Positions 40,201 to 51,688 are shown, counted from the stretch's first letter. The stretch is 58,325 nt of DNA from Candidatus Bipolaricaulota bacterium (GCA_040752575.1 JBFMGK010000046.1:1-58325); one strand, 5' to 3'. Notes: generated by a model from the sequence alone, not told the origin. Numbers and translations: made by a program.

Positions 40201-40776
40201 ATGGATCCGCTGTTCGTCATTTCTTGCCACGCCGACACGGGATTCCGCTCGCACCGGCTTCATCGAGAGCCAGGAGGCGTTCTACGGGGGCATCTCGACA
40301 ACTTCGCGGGAGTCTGCGCCGTGATGAAGGCCTACTTCAGCGGGGAAATGGATGTGGACGGCGTCCGGATCGAACTCACGTACGGCGAGGAGACGGACAT
40401 GGCGGGGGCACGGGAGGTCCTCGAGACGCTCTCGGCCCACGACATGGTCGTCGTGGTCGACGTGACAGCGGCGCCGACCGAGACCGACTTCACGATCGAG
40501 AAGTGCTCCAGCGAGCCGATGAAGTCCCTCGTGCGGCGGGCGCTCTCCGGGCTCTCGTTCGATCTATACGAAGGTTGCCCCGATCCCGTGTCGGACGCCG
40601 ACGAGTGCGACGTCTATAAGGAGAGACTGGCCAACGTCTTCTTCCTTGGGATCCCGTGTCGTGGGGGGGACTACAACGCGGGAGCTGTCACGTGTCGCGA
40701 GGCGAGCATCGAGGCGGCCGCACAGGCTCTCGTTCGACTCGCGCGAGCCTTCCACGAAGGCGGTGCGGGCGGCTAG
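40201..40776 (+). CDS. Small zinc-peptidase-fold (M28/M42-like) protein
   Basis: CHADT, LDNFAG, YGEET, VVDVT metal-ligand pattern; RBS GAGGAGG. Confidence 0.6.
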   Translation: MDPLFVISCHADTGFRSHRLHREPGGVLRGHLDNFAGVCAVMKAYFSGEMDVDGVRIELTYGEETDMAGAREVLETLSAHDMVVVVDVTAAPTETDFTIEKCSSEPMKSLVRRALSGLSFDLYEGCPDPVSDADECDVYKERLANVFFLGIPCRGGDYNAGAVTCREASIEAAAQALVRLARAFHEGGAGG

Positions 40777-41609
40777 CGGCAGACGCCGCCTTCGCATGAT
40801 CCTTCCGCTCCGCGACCGAAACGTTGGAGGTCGCCGAAGGCGTAGCCGACGCGCAGACCGATGGCCGGATGGCCCGTTCCCTGGGTGAACGTCAGCGATG
40901 CCTCTGCGGAGAACCCGAAGTCCATCCGTACGATGTCGACGACGAGGCGCTCGGAGTCGAAGCGAAGCGGGGCGAGCAAGAACGTCGTCTCGCTTCGCAG
41001 CGAGGCAGCGCCAACCTCGAGCGAGGCGCTGAGCGTCGCAAGGGGCCAAAGCTGAAAAGGATTCGGCACGCTGGAGGTCGACGAAATCGCCGTAGCGAGG
41101 CGGATGCGGCCGAGGCCTTCGATGCGGCGGCTTGCGCCGGCCGTCAGACGGGCCCACAACTCCGTGCGAAGGGGAACAGACGCGAAGTGGATGCCGGAGA
41201 GCCGTGCGTCGCCTTCGAACGCCGCATCGAACACGATGTCGCCGACGAACGCCGTCCACGCGTGCGGCCGTGCGCGCGCCGTCACGCTAGCCGACGTGAT
41301 GCCGAGTGGGATGAGCGTCCACGTGTACTCGCCGGTCAAGCTGAGTTCGTCGTGCCCAGCGGAGATCGATAAAGCCTGCGTCCCCAGGATGTACGGGAGG
41401 AACGCGAACTCCGTTCGGGCCGCGACCTCGCCGAACGGGAGTCCGAGGAACAGCGTTGCGGCGCCGCTCGCGCCTGGACGGGCGACCGCCGATCCCCAGG
41501 CTTCGACTCGACCGCCCCAGCGCATGTCGGCTGCGGCAACTGCTGTCGTCAGCGCTACGATCGTGGCTGCGAGGACGCCCCAACAGACGCGCTGCCTCTC
41601 GATGTGCAC
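40773..41609 (-). CDS. Hypothetical exported beta-rich protein
   Basis: RBS GGGGAGG, GTG start, signal peptide ending AVAAA; ends SCEGGVCR. Confidence 0.7.
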   Translation of the reverse strand: MHIERQRVCWGVLAATIVALTTAVAAADMRWGGRVEAWGSAVARPGASGAATLFLGLPFGEVAARTEFAFLPYILGTQALSISAGHDELSLTGEYTWTLIPLGITSASVTARARPHAWTAFVGDIVFDAAFEGDARLSGIHFASVPLRTELWARLTAGASRRIEGLGRIRLATAISSTSSVPNPFQLWPLATLSASLEVGAASLRSETTFLLAPLRFDSERLVVDIVRMDFGFSAEASLTFTQGTGHPAIGLRVGYAFGDLQRFGRGAEGSCEGGVCR

Positions 41610-41986
41610 GGTCGACCTCCCCTTCAACGAACGATGGCGCGATGATACCCCGGGGATGGCTGGCGTGCGCGAGTACCTCGGGCAGCACGCGCTGCGCTCC
41701 TCGAAGGCGGAGGGCGCCCCAGCGTCACGGCTCTGCCCCGGAGCGCGCCGACGGTGATACGCGGGCGGCGCGCCGAAGCTCCGGAGACGCGAGCACAACC
41801 GTAGGTGACGAAGAGAGGGGCTGCGCCGACGGGGCGCCCGGAGCACCGAGGTCGACGTGCCGCGTCGCGAGGCTTCTCTCGTTACCGGCGAACCAAGGCC
41901 TGCGGATCGAATGAGCTTCGTGCGACGCCAACGATCTCGAGTACGTTGGCGTCCGGCGGGGCCCGTTGGTACCTGCAGACTTGAGA

Positions 41987-42836
41987 CTACAGAATCATCT
42001 CCAGCTCGACGGCCGTCTTCTCTACCGTCGTTTCGTCGACCCGGCGGAGGTCCTGGTACGTCCTCATTGCGTGGTCGGCGAAGCCCGCGCTCTCGAACCG
42101 AGTTCGGACCGTGTACGGAGGTGGGACGACGAACGGTGCAACCTTTGCGCGCTGCTCGACGGCCCGCGCCGCCGCCCCGCAGATTCGCTCGCGCGCTTTG
42201 CGCGGCGAGAGGCAGACGGTCGCCGCGGACTCGAACAGGTTGGGCGCGAGCGTCAATCCCCGCATGACCGGGACGGTCACGACATCGGGGACGAGAGCCG
42301 CGGCCTCGTCGCACGCCGCCTGGTCGCCGGACAGAAGGGCGAGCGGCACGCCGAGTCGGCCGAAGCTGAACGCAGTCGCCGCGGTCTCGCCCCATGCCCG
42401 ACCGTTCACCGAGAACTCGGCAATGCCTCCGTGAAAGCTGTGCGCGAGCCGGCCGTACGGTGCCCCGGCCATCGCGTGCTGGCCGACCATGAACAGCGCG
42501 TCGAACGAACGGTCGTGCCCCACCGGGCCACCCTCTTCCGCGTAGACGACACGGCACTCCGGATGCACGAGCTCGATGTCGATCGCGCCGGGGAACGAGC
42601 CGTGAGCGCTCCAGGCCCAGATCTCGGCCGCGCCCGCGTCGAGCGCTCCCTGCACGGCGGCATTCAGTTCCTCGGTCGCGAGTCGACGCGCTTGGTCGTA
42701 GTAGGGCGCATACCAGCCTGTGGGGGCGCCTGACGCCTTCGCGCCCCACCCTCTTGCCGGATTTCCACTGACACTGCTGACCATGGCTGACGACGCCCGC
42801 CACGCCCTCAAGGTCGACGGCAATGAAGATCTTCAT
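41987..42836 (-). pseudogene. M55 D-aminopeptidase (DppA-like), frameshifted near codons 22-43
   Basis: MKIFIAVDLEGVAGV in one frame; ELNAAVQGA, AHG, GQHAMAG..LAHS, GE, LLSGD in the next. Confidence 0.85.
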
Positions 42837-42869
42837 GTCGGGTCTCCTTGCCGCTGTGCCGCGCGGTCG

Positions 42870-43337
42870 CTACGCGATCGGCAGATAGAGATCGAATACG
42901 TACTTCTCCGGGTCGGTCTCAAGGGGGTTCTCTAGTGCTTCGAGACACTGGCCGAAGTGTGGCGGCGCCGTGTACGGGCTATCCTCGAACCAGGCGACAA
43001 GCTCTTTCCAGACGCGGCCGATATTCGAGAGTCCGGTGAACCGCGTCACCGCGTACCTGCCGCCCGGCACCTGCTTGATCTGAAGGGGTGGCTTCGCTTC
43101 GACATCTGATCCCACGGGAAGCCAGATCTCGTAGCCGTAGTTCTCGCTCCCAGGAGCGGGGTCGGGGCTGTTGAACCCGTACGTCTGGGCACCGTTCTTT
43201 CCGAGCGGGATGCCCGCGGATGCAGCGAATGCCCGCATCTGTCTCCACGCCTGGTCCTCTGGTTCCTTGCCGAACCCAAGTGAGCTTGCGACGCGCATCG
43301 GCGGCAGGTCGACGATTCGTACATCCTTCAGAGCCAT
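42870..43337 (-). CDS. GyrI-like effector-binding protein, copy A (155 aa)
   Basis: VRIVDLPPMRVAS, YGFNSPDP, YGYEIW, GGRYAV, FDLYLPI. Confidence 0.88.
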   Translation of the reverse strand: MALKDVRIVDLPPMRVASSLGFGKEPEDQAWRQMRAFAASAGIPLGKNGAQTYGFNSPDPAPGSENYGYEIWLPVGSDVEAKPPLQIKQVPGGRYAVTRFTGLSNIGRVWKELVAWFEDSPYTAPPHFGQCLEALENPLETDPEKYVFDLYLPIA

Positions 43338-43397
43338 AAAGCCCTCCTCGCCCGGCGCTGGCGGGCATGACGACCACGCCCGCCTGCCGGACCGACA

Positions 43398-43865
43398 TCA
43401 AACGGTGATCGGTAGGTAGAGATCGAACACCCACTGGTTCGGATCGGACTTCAGGGGGTTCTGAACTGCTTCGAGCCACTGGCCTCCCTTCGGCGCGCTG
43501 TAGGGGCTGTCTGCGAGCCAGGCATCGAGCTCTTCCCAGAGGCGGCCGACGTTCGAGATTCCGGTGCACTGAGCCACAGCGTACTTGCCCGCCGGCATCT
43601 GTTTGATCTCCACCGGGGATTTCGCCTTGACGTTCGGCTCCACCGGAAGCCAGATCTCGTAGCCGTAGTCCTCGCTTCCCGGGGTGGGGTCGGGATTGTT
43701 GAAGCCGTATGTCTGGCTGCCCTCTTCCCCGAGCCGGATGCTCGCGGCTACAGCGAATGCCTGCATCTGTTGCCACGCCTGGTTCTCTGGTTCCTTGCCG
43801 AACCCAAGCGAGCTTGCGACGCGCATCGGCGGCAGGTCGACGATTCGTACATCCTTCAGAGCCAT
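43398..43865 (-). CDS. GyrI-like effector-binding protein, copy B (155 aa)
   Basis: Paralog of 42870-43337 with near-identical 5' end. Confidence 0.88.
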   Translation of the reverse strand: MALKDVRIVDLPPMRVASSLGFGKEPENQAWQQMQAFAVAASIRLGEEGSQTYGFNNPDPTPGSEDYGYEIWLPVEPNVKAKSPVEIKQMPAGKYAVAQCTGISNVGRLWEELDAWLADSPYSAPKGGQWLEAVQNPLKSDPNQWVFDLYLPITV

Positions 43866-43941
43866 AAAGCCCTCCTCGCCCGGCGCCGACGGGCATGACG
43901 ACCACGCCCGCCTGCCGGACGGAGAGCATTCTGTCGGCAGA

Positions 43942-43962
43942 CAGTGACATCTTGTGTCACTG
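43942..43962. promoter_or_regulatory. Candidate WYL-regulator operator
   Basis: Perfect CAGTGACA-N5-TGTCACTG in divergent intergenic region. Confidence 0.7.
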
Positions 43963-43985
43963 ATGTACAATGATGATCTGGAGGC

Positions 43986-44963
43986 GTGATGCGCGCGGAC
44001 CGACTGCTTTCGCTATTGGCTCTTCTGGAGTCCCGGGGTCGCCTGACCACGGACCATCTGGCCCGCGAGCTCGAGGTCTCACGGCGCACCATCCTTCGTG
44101 ACCTCTTCGCCCTCCGCGTGGCAGGGTTTCCGGTGAACTCCGAGGCGGGACCAGGCGGCGGCTGTTGGCTCGAGGACGACTTCCGGAACCGCCTTCTCCA
44201 CCTCAGCCAGGACGAGCTCTCGGCTCTCTTCTCGGTGAGCATTCCCGCACCGCTCGTCGAGTTGGGCGTTGCCGGTGACCTCAAGGGAGCGTTCGCCAAG
44301 CTTGCGTCTGCACTGCCCGCAGTGCGTGGCGATACCGAGTCGCGGATGCGGCAGCGCATCCACCTTGACTCGGTTCCCTGGTCAGCTCCTTCTGAAGCTG
44401 TGCCTCACCTCGCAACGCTCCATCGTGCGGTGCTCGAGGATCGTTGGGTGAGAGGGGCGTTTCTGCGCGCGGGAGGCGTGAAGTCCGCGCGCCGGATCGC
44501 GCCGTACGGTCTCGTGGCGAAGGCGACCACGTGGTACGTGGTCTGGGCGGGCGAAGACGATCGCCTCCGCGTGGACCGCGTGGCGCGTGTCTTGGAGGCT
44601 GCGCTATCGCGGGACGTGTTCACACGCCCGGTTGACTTCAGCTTGTCCGAGTTCTGGGCGGGATGGTGCCGCAAGCAGGAATCCGGCGTGCCTTGGGTCT
44701 CGGTGACCGCGCGCGTGTCCGGAACGGCTCTAGCTTCACTGGAGAGGTCAACCGGGCTGCATCTCGAGCTTTGTCCCGAAGCGGACAGATCACGCGACGC
44801 GCTCCGGCCTCGCGGGGTCCGCATGCGCTTCGCCACGTTGCAGGAGGCGCGCTCCTACCTCCTGGCGTTTGGAAGCAGCGTGGAGGTCCTGGACCCCCTC
44901 GCGCTCAGGCTCACTCTGGCCGACTTCGCCGAACAGACGACCCGCGTCTACAGAGACCTGTAG
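43986..44963 (+). CDS. YafY-like HTH-WYL transcriptional regulator
   Basis: MRADRLLSLL, LARELEVSRRTILRD, GPGGG, APYGLVAKATTWYV, RVDRV. Confidence 0.93.
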   Translation: MMRADRLLSLLALLESRGRLTTDHLARELEVSRRTILRDLFALRVAGFPVNSEAGPGGGCWLEDDFRNRLLHLSQDELSALFSVSIPAPLVELGVAGDLKGAFAKLASALPAVRGDTESRMRQRIHLDSVPWSAPSEAVPHLATLHRAVLEDRWVRGAFLRAGGVKSARRIAPYGLVAKATTWYVVWAGEDDRLRVDRVARVLEAALSRDVFTRPVDFSLSEFWAGWCRKQESGVPWVSVTARVSGTALASLERSTGLHLELCPEADRSRDALRPRGVRMRFATLQEARSYLLAFGSSVEVLDPLALRLTLADFAEQTTRVYRDL

Positions 44964-45067
44964 TTGACATCGCGCGACCGGCACGTCGTGGCGGCCAAGG
45001 CGAAGCCCGCCGTATACTCCGCGCTGCTTGGCTTTCGCTCCTACAGCAAGAGAGGAGAGGCACGATC

Positions 45068-45859
45068 ATGCGAACGATCGAAAGCGGACGAGAGTCGATG
45101 AAGGGCTACCCCATGGCGTTCGGGGACGACCCGCGCAATCCTGAACTCCTCTCCGATCAGCGGAAGGGACTCGCGGCGCCTTCTGTCGAGAAGGAGTGCA
45201 GCAGGCAAGGGCAAAGGATTGTCGCGCTGCCGGTGCCGACGCGTGATGTCATCACCAAGCCTCACGTGATGGACGTGATGGGACAGCGGGTGAGCCGGCG
45301 CGCCTACGTGGACCTGCCGCTCTCGCAAGACCAGCTCTCGTTTCTTCTCTGGGCCACGCAGGGTGTGCGGGCCGTGAACGCCGACAAGACTTCAAGTCGC
45401 CGCATCGTGCCGTCGGCCGGGGCACGCCATCCCTACGAAACCTACCTTCGCGTCGCGCGTGTCGCGGGGATCGAGCCCGGTCTTTATCGCTACCTGCCTC
45501 TTGGGCACGAACTCGTGCTTCTCGACCAGCGGCCGACCCTGCGCGAGGAGCTGTACATCCTGACCGACCGCGAGGACTGGGCCGCCGACGCGCCCGTCTT
45601 CTTCTTGTGGAGCTGTGTCCCCTATCGCGGCGAGTGGCGCTACCATACGATGGCTCACAAATCCATGCTCCTCGATGCTGGACACATCGCCCAGAATCTG
45701 TATCTTGCCGCCGAGGCGATCGGCTGCGGAACGTGCACGATCGGCGGGTACTGGCAAGAGGGCGCGGACCGCTTCTGCGGCGTGGATGGAGAGAACGAAT
45801 ACGCGGTCTACCTTGCTGCGGTGGGATGCGTCGACGCCACAAAGGAGAACAGCGGCTGA
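45068..45859 (+). CDS. SagB/ThcOx-like nitroreductase-fold dehydrogenase
   Basis: RVSRRAY, LSFLLWATQG, PSAGARHPYETY, DAGHIAQNLYL. Confidence 0.9.
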   Translation: MRTIESGRESMKGYPMAFGDDPRNPELLSDQRKGLAAPSVEKECSRQGQRIVALPVPTRDVITKPHVMDVMGQRVSRRAYVDLPLSQDQLSFLLWATQGVRAVNADKTSSRRIVPSAGARHPYETYLRVARVAGIEPGLYRYLPLGHELVLLDQRPTLREELYILTDREDWAADAPVFFLWSCVPYRGEWRYHTMAHKSMLLDAGHIAQNLYLAAEAIGCGTCTIGGYWQEGADRFCGVDGENEYAVYLAAVGCVDATKENSG

Positions 45860-46050
45860 GTCTCGCGTGGGCCGTCAGCGGCGCTCTCTGGTTGTCGACC
45901 CTTGTCGACGTTGACCTGGCGCGCTGCTCCGGTATCGCCGTCGCTGCGAGACCGTGGCGGCGAGCGAAGGCATAGGCCTACTGCGTGAGCCGCCGGTCCT
46001 GAGGACTCTGTTCGTGCGCGATACTCTCCGCGAAGGGGAGGACGAGGAGC

Positions 46051-46800
46051 ATAAAGACGGACGATTACACGGTTCGTGAACTCGAGGAACGCGCTCTGAG
46101 TGCTTGGCCGGCGCCTGAGACGGTCGTCTCGGATCGGTGGATTCTCCGCGCGGCCGGCGGGTACACCCGGCGCGCCAACTCTGTCCATCCGCTGGATGAG
46201 GGTCGGCGACCTCTACCCGAGAAGATCCGCGAGGCCGAGGAGTTCTACCGCGAGCGCGGGCAGCCGCCGATCTTCAAGCTCACCCTGGAGAGCCGCCCCG
46301 CTTGGCTGGACTCGGAACTCGCCCTGCGCGGGTACCAGGTCGAGATGAAGACGGGCGTTCACGTGGGGCGGCTTCCGGATCTCGCCGTGTTGGAGGACGT
46401 GCGGGTGAAGGGAGAGAGCACCAAGGAGTGGCTTGATGCCTTCCACGAGATGAGCGGCACGTCTCTCGATCACCGCGCGCTGCACGAGAAGATCCTGCGG
46501 GCGATTGTCGCATCGACGGGCTTCGCGGTGATCGACCAGGTCCCGGGTCGCGTCGTGGGGTGTGCACTCGGCGTTGTCCAGGGGAGTTGGATGGGCATCT
46601 TCGACGTGGTGATCGCTCGCGAGGCGCGCCGGTGCGGACACGGCGAGCGACTCGTGCGCGGTCTCATGGCCTGGGGGCGTGCGGCAGGTGCGTCGCAGGC
46701 GTACCTCCAGGTTGCGGCGGACAACGCCGCGGCGCTCGCTCTATACAAGAAGCTCGGGTTTCACGAGGCGTACGGCTACTGGTACCGCGTCAAGCGATAG
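46051..46800 (+). CDS. GNAT acetyltransferase, apparent ATA start
   Basis: In-frame ELEERALSAWPA..WILRAAGGYTRRANSV upstream of ATG46345; AYLQVAADNAAALALYKKLGF. Confidence 0.85.
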   Translation: MKTDDYTVRELEERALSAWPAPETVVSDRWILRAAGGYTRRANSVHPLDEGRRPLPEKIREAEEFYRERGQPPIFKLTLESRPAWLDSELALRGYQVEMKTGVHVGRLPDLAVLEDVRVKGESTKEWLDAFHEMSGTSLDHRALHEKILRAIVASTGFAVIDQVPGRVVGCALGVVQGSWMGIFDVVIAREARRCGHGERLVRGLMAWGRAAGASQAYLQVAADNAAALALYKKLGFHEAYGYWYRVKR

Positions 46801-46805
46801 CGCGG

Positions 46806-47531
46806 CTAGCGCGCGTGGACGAAGAACTCGAGGTTGCCCTTCTCCCCTTCGAGCGGCGAGACCATATCGCCGACGACGCGCCAAGGGGTCTCCTCGTTGA
46901 CGAATCGCGACACGCTGTTCAGAGCCCGGGCCTGAAGGGCGGGATCCTTGACGACGCCGTCTCCGGGTAGAGAATCCTTGCCCACCTCAAACTGGGGCTT
47001 GACCAACAGGACAAGCTGACCGCCGCGCCGCAAGACGTCGACCAGCGGGGGGAGGATGAGCTTCAGCGAGATGAACGAAACGTCGGCGACGACGAGGTCG
47101 ACGAACTCGCCAAGGTCCCGCGGCTCGAGATAGCGAGCATTCAGTCCCTCGCGGACGACCACGCGCGGATCGCTGCGGAGGCGCGGGTGGAGTTGGTCGT
47201 GCCCGACGTCGATGGCGTACACCCTGGCGGCCCCCGCCTGAAGGAGGCAGTCGGTGAACCCGCCGGTCGAAGCCCCGATATCAAGGCACACAAGGCCCTT
47301 GGGAGCGACGCGGAACGCCTCGAGCGCCGCCTCCAGTTTCTCGCCGCCGCGGCTTACATAGGCCTCGGTCCCGAGAATCTCGATTTGGGCTTCGGAATCG
47401 ATCGGGTGGCCGGGGCGATCGATGATCTGGCCGTTCACCTTGACGCGGCCCGCCTCGATCATGCGCTGCGCGCGCGAACGGCTGCGAAGGAGGCGGCGTC
47501 TCTTGATCACCTTGTCGAGTCGTTCTCTCAT
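46806..47531 (-). CDS. tlyA: TlyA-family rRNA 2'-O-methyltransferase
   Basis: RLD S4-like start, YVSRGGEKL, DIGASTGGFTD, DVSFISL, LVKPQFE, GNLEF. Confidence 0.95.
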   Translation of the reverse strand: MRERLDKVIKRRRLLRSRSRAQRMIEAGRVKVNGQIIDRPGHPIDSEAQIEILGTEAYVSRGGEKLEAALEAFRVAPKGLVCLDIGASTGGFTDCLLQAGAARVYAIDVGHDQLHPRLRSDPRVVVREGLNARYLEPRDLGEFVDLVVADVSFISLKLILPPLVDVLRRGGQLVLLVKPQFEVGKDSLPGDGVVKDPALQARALNSVSRFVNEETPWRVVGDMVSPLEGEKGNLEFFVHAR

Positions 47532-47550
47532 CGTCGCGCGGGGAAGGCAC

Positions 47551-48774
47551 CTATCGCGCCGCGGCGACGCTTGCCCTCGACTCGACGTAGGCCTCGAGTC
47601 CTGCCTTGAGCACTTCGACGGCCCGAACCAACTTGGGCTCTTCAAGGACGTAGGCTACGCGGACCTCGTTCGCCCCTCGTCCGGGCGTTGCGTAGAAGTC
47701 GGCTCCCGGGGCGACCATCACGGTCTCGCCGTCCTTCTGGAAGTCCGTCAGCAAGAACGTGGCGAACTTCTCCGAATCGTCGACCTGCGGGAACTTGATG
47801 AAGATGTAGAAGGCTCCCTCGGGCTTGCGGCACACGATCTCGGGGATGGATTGCAGGGCACCAAAGAGCGTGTCGCGCCGGCCGTGGAATTTCCGAACGA
47901 TCTCCGCAATGTCCCGCCGATGGTTGGGGTCGTGGAGAAACGCGATCAGGCCGAGCTGCTCGAAGGTCGGCGGCGACAATCGGATCTGGCAGAGCTTGTT
48001 CACCGCGGCGAGGATCTCGCGATTCCGCGTCGCGAGGCACCCGATGCGGGCTCCGCACGCCGAGAGGCGCTTCGAGATCGAATCCACGAGGATAGCATGC
48101 TCGGCAAGCTCGGGGAACGACATGATGCTGACGGCTTCGCCGTCATACATCAGCTCTCGGTAGGGCTCGTCCGAGATGACGAACAGCTTGTGCTTCAGCG
48201 CAAGCTCGGCAAGTCCCTCGATCTCGTCGCGTGTGTAGCCCACACCGGTTGGATTCGCCGGATTCGAGAACAGAATCGCCTTGGTTCTCGGTGTGATCAA
48301 CCGCTCGATCTCGGCGATGGGAGGAAGGTGGAAGCCGTCCTCGACGCGCGTCGTGATGGGAACCACGCGATTGCCGTTCATGATGGAGTGGCCGGCGTAG
48401 TTCGGGTAGAACGGCTCGGGAATCAGAACCTCGTCTCCCGGATTGCACGTGGCCTGGAGGGCAAAGGAGAAGGACTCGCTGCCGCCGATCGTCACGATGA
48501 GCTCGTCGTGAGCGAGGCGAACTCCGAGCTGGGCGTAGTAGCCGCACATGGCGTCGATCGTTTCCGGAATCCCAAGAGCTGGGCTGTAGGAGAGCACGTC
48601 CACTTCCGCGCGGCGTACGCCCTCCATGAAAGACCTCGGCGTCGGGATGTCGGGCTGTCCGATGTTGAGATGGTAGACGGTGACGCCTCGCTTCTTCGCC
48701 GCATTGGCCAGGGGCGCCAGCCGCCGAATGGGAGATCCCTTGAGGGACTTCGCGCGGTCGGAAATGCTAAGCAT
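47551..48774 (-). CDS. PLP-dependent aminotransferase class I/II (aspartate aminotransferase-like)
   Basis: SPIRRL, HLNIGQPD, SNPANPTG, SDEPY, DSISKRLSACGARIG. Confidence 0.93.
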   Translation of the reverse strand: MLSISDRAKSLKGSPIRRLAPLANAAKKRGVTVYHLNIGQPDIPTPRSFMEGVRRAEVDVLSYSPALGIPETIDAMCGYYAQLGVRLAHDELIVTIGGSESFSFALQATCNPGDEVLIPEPFYPNYAGHSIMNGNRVVPITTRVEDGFHLPPIAEIERLITPRTKAILFSNPANPTGVGYTRDEIEGLAELALKHKLFVISDEPYRELMYDGEAVSIMSFPELAEHAILVDSISKRLSACGARIGCLATRNREILAAVNKLCQIRLSPPTFEQLGLIAFLHDPNHRRDIAEIVRKFHGRRDTLFGALQSIPEIVCRKPEGAFYIFIKFPQVDDSEKFATFLLTDFQKDGETVMVAPGADFYATPGRGANEVRVAYVLEEPKLVRAVEVLKAGLEAYVESRASVAAAR

Positions 48775-48962
48775 GGTCGAGAACCCACACCTCCAGGGCT
48801 TCGGGCAGCGTCCTCGCGTCGGAACGATGCTCGAGCTTCCGATGTGCCCCGTATTGTCCATGGTTCTCGGAATCCCGTCCAATCGAGGGCCAGCTCTCCT
48901 GCGGCGGCCAGGCGCTGAGCACGCGCTGCGCTCCGATGCCGCGCCGCCAGTAGCCCTTCAGG

Positions 48963-49913
48963 TCAGCGCGGGTCCTTGTCGGCCGTGGCGAGCATGCGGA
49001 CGACGAGGTCCTCGTAGGAGATCCCCGAGGCAGAGGCGGAGCGCGGGAGATCGCTCATCGGTGTCATCCCGGGGAGGTTGTTGAGTTCGAGAACGTAGGG
49101 CACTCCGTCCGCGGCGAGGCGAACGTCCACGCGTGAGAACCCATAGCAGTCCAGCGCCTCATGCGTTCGCAGCGCCGCGGATTGCGCGGCGTGCGTTGTG
49201 GAGGGGTCGAGAGGCGCCGGCACGAGGAACTCGGCAACGCCCTCCGTGTACTTCGCGCCGTAGTCGAAAAGCCCGCCGGGGGAGATCACCTCGACCACGG
49301 AGAGCGCTTCGTGCCGCTCCCCGACGAGGAGAACGCCGACCGTCAGTTCGCGTCCCGCGATGAACTCCTCGACGAGAAGGGTGCCGAACCTCTCGAGGAT
49401 GGCGGGCGCAGCCTCGCTCAACGCGGTGCGATCACGAACGATCGAGACGCCAAGGGTCGAGCCGCAGTTGGTCGGCTTCGCCACGAGGGGAAACCGTAGG
49501 GATGAGGCGGCGTTCGAGAGGAAGCGCTGCAGATCCTGGCCTGCGTACGCGTGGCCCGCCGGGGTAGGGATGCGCTTCTGCAAAAGGATTCGCTTGGTCT
49601 CGGCCTTGTCCATCGCGCGGCGGCTCGCCAGGGCTCCCGAGCCGACGTAGGGGATTCCCATGACGTCTAGCAGGAGTTGGACCGTGCCGTCCTCGCCGGC
49701 TCCGCCGTGCAAACACGAGAAAACGACGTCGATGCCGCGAAGCTGCGGCACGAGGTCGTCCAGAGTTTCCAGGCGCACGAGCTGCGCTTCGTAGCCTCGC
49801 GTTCGCAGCGCGCGGTGGACGTTCTCGCCCGAAAGAAGCGAAACGTCTCGTTCCGGCGAGTCTCCGCCGGCGAGAACGCCGATTCGCCGCGTGTCGATCG
49901 TTCGTTGATCCAT
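48963..49913 (-). CDS. ddl: D-alanine--D-alanine ligase
   Basis: GGDSPERDVSLLSG, LHGGAGEDG, MDK, EEFIAGRE, FDYGAKY, ELNNLPGMT. Confidence 0.95.
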   Translation of the reverse strand: MDQRTIDTRRIGVLAGGDSPERDVSLLSGENVHRALRTRGYEAQLVRLETLDDLVPQLRGIDVVFSCLHGGAGEDGTVQLLLDVMGIPYVGSGALASRRAMDKAETKRILLQKRIPTPAGHAYAGQDLQRFLSNAASSLRFPLVAKPTNCGSTLGVSIVRDRTALSEAAPAILERFGTLLVEEFIAGRELTVGVLLVGERHEALSVVEVISPGGLFDYGAKYTEGVAEFLVPAPLDPSTTHAAQSAALRTHEALDCYGFSRVDVRLAADGVPYVLELNNLPGMTPMSDLPRSASASGISYEDLVVRMLATADKDPR

Positions 49914-50000
49914 GGCGGGAGTATAATCGCCGTCGCAGTGGCGGTCCCCGGCGAGGTGCGCGAGGCCGGAAATGCGTAGGGAAGGCCTCGAGAACGTTCC

Positions 50001-50029
50001 TTGACAGCCTCTGAAGGGGTCGATATACT
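50001..50029 (+). promoter_or_regulatory. Sigma70-type rRNA promoter
   Basis: TTGACA-N17-TATACT; boxA-like TGGTCCTTGAAAA at ~50042. Confidence 0.85.
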
Positions 50030-50125
50030 TCCCGCTGCTGTTGGTCCTTGAAAAGTGGATAGCGTGGTAAGTGTTCTTTGCGAACACCCTGATCACCAAA
50101 TGATCAACTCGATTTCTAGGTTTGA

Positions 50126-51688
<1,563 letters not shown>

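Noticed and set aside
41799..41953. Intergenic hairpins as a REP family
   Set aside because: No second copy found in the window; the 41924-41953 stem is explained as a terminator-like hairpin
40773..42836. 687-aa ORF as one fusion protein
   Set aside because: Artefact of the dppA frameshift reading through to a separate gene with its own RBS at 41609
45068..45859. SagB-like dehydrogenase as the modifier of the repeat peptide
   Set aside because: 12 kb away, no YcaO partner, and the cores lack Cys/Ser/Thr; stand-alone homologs are common
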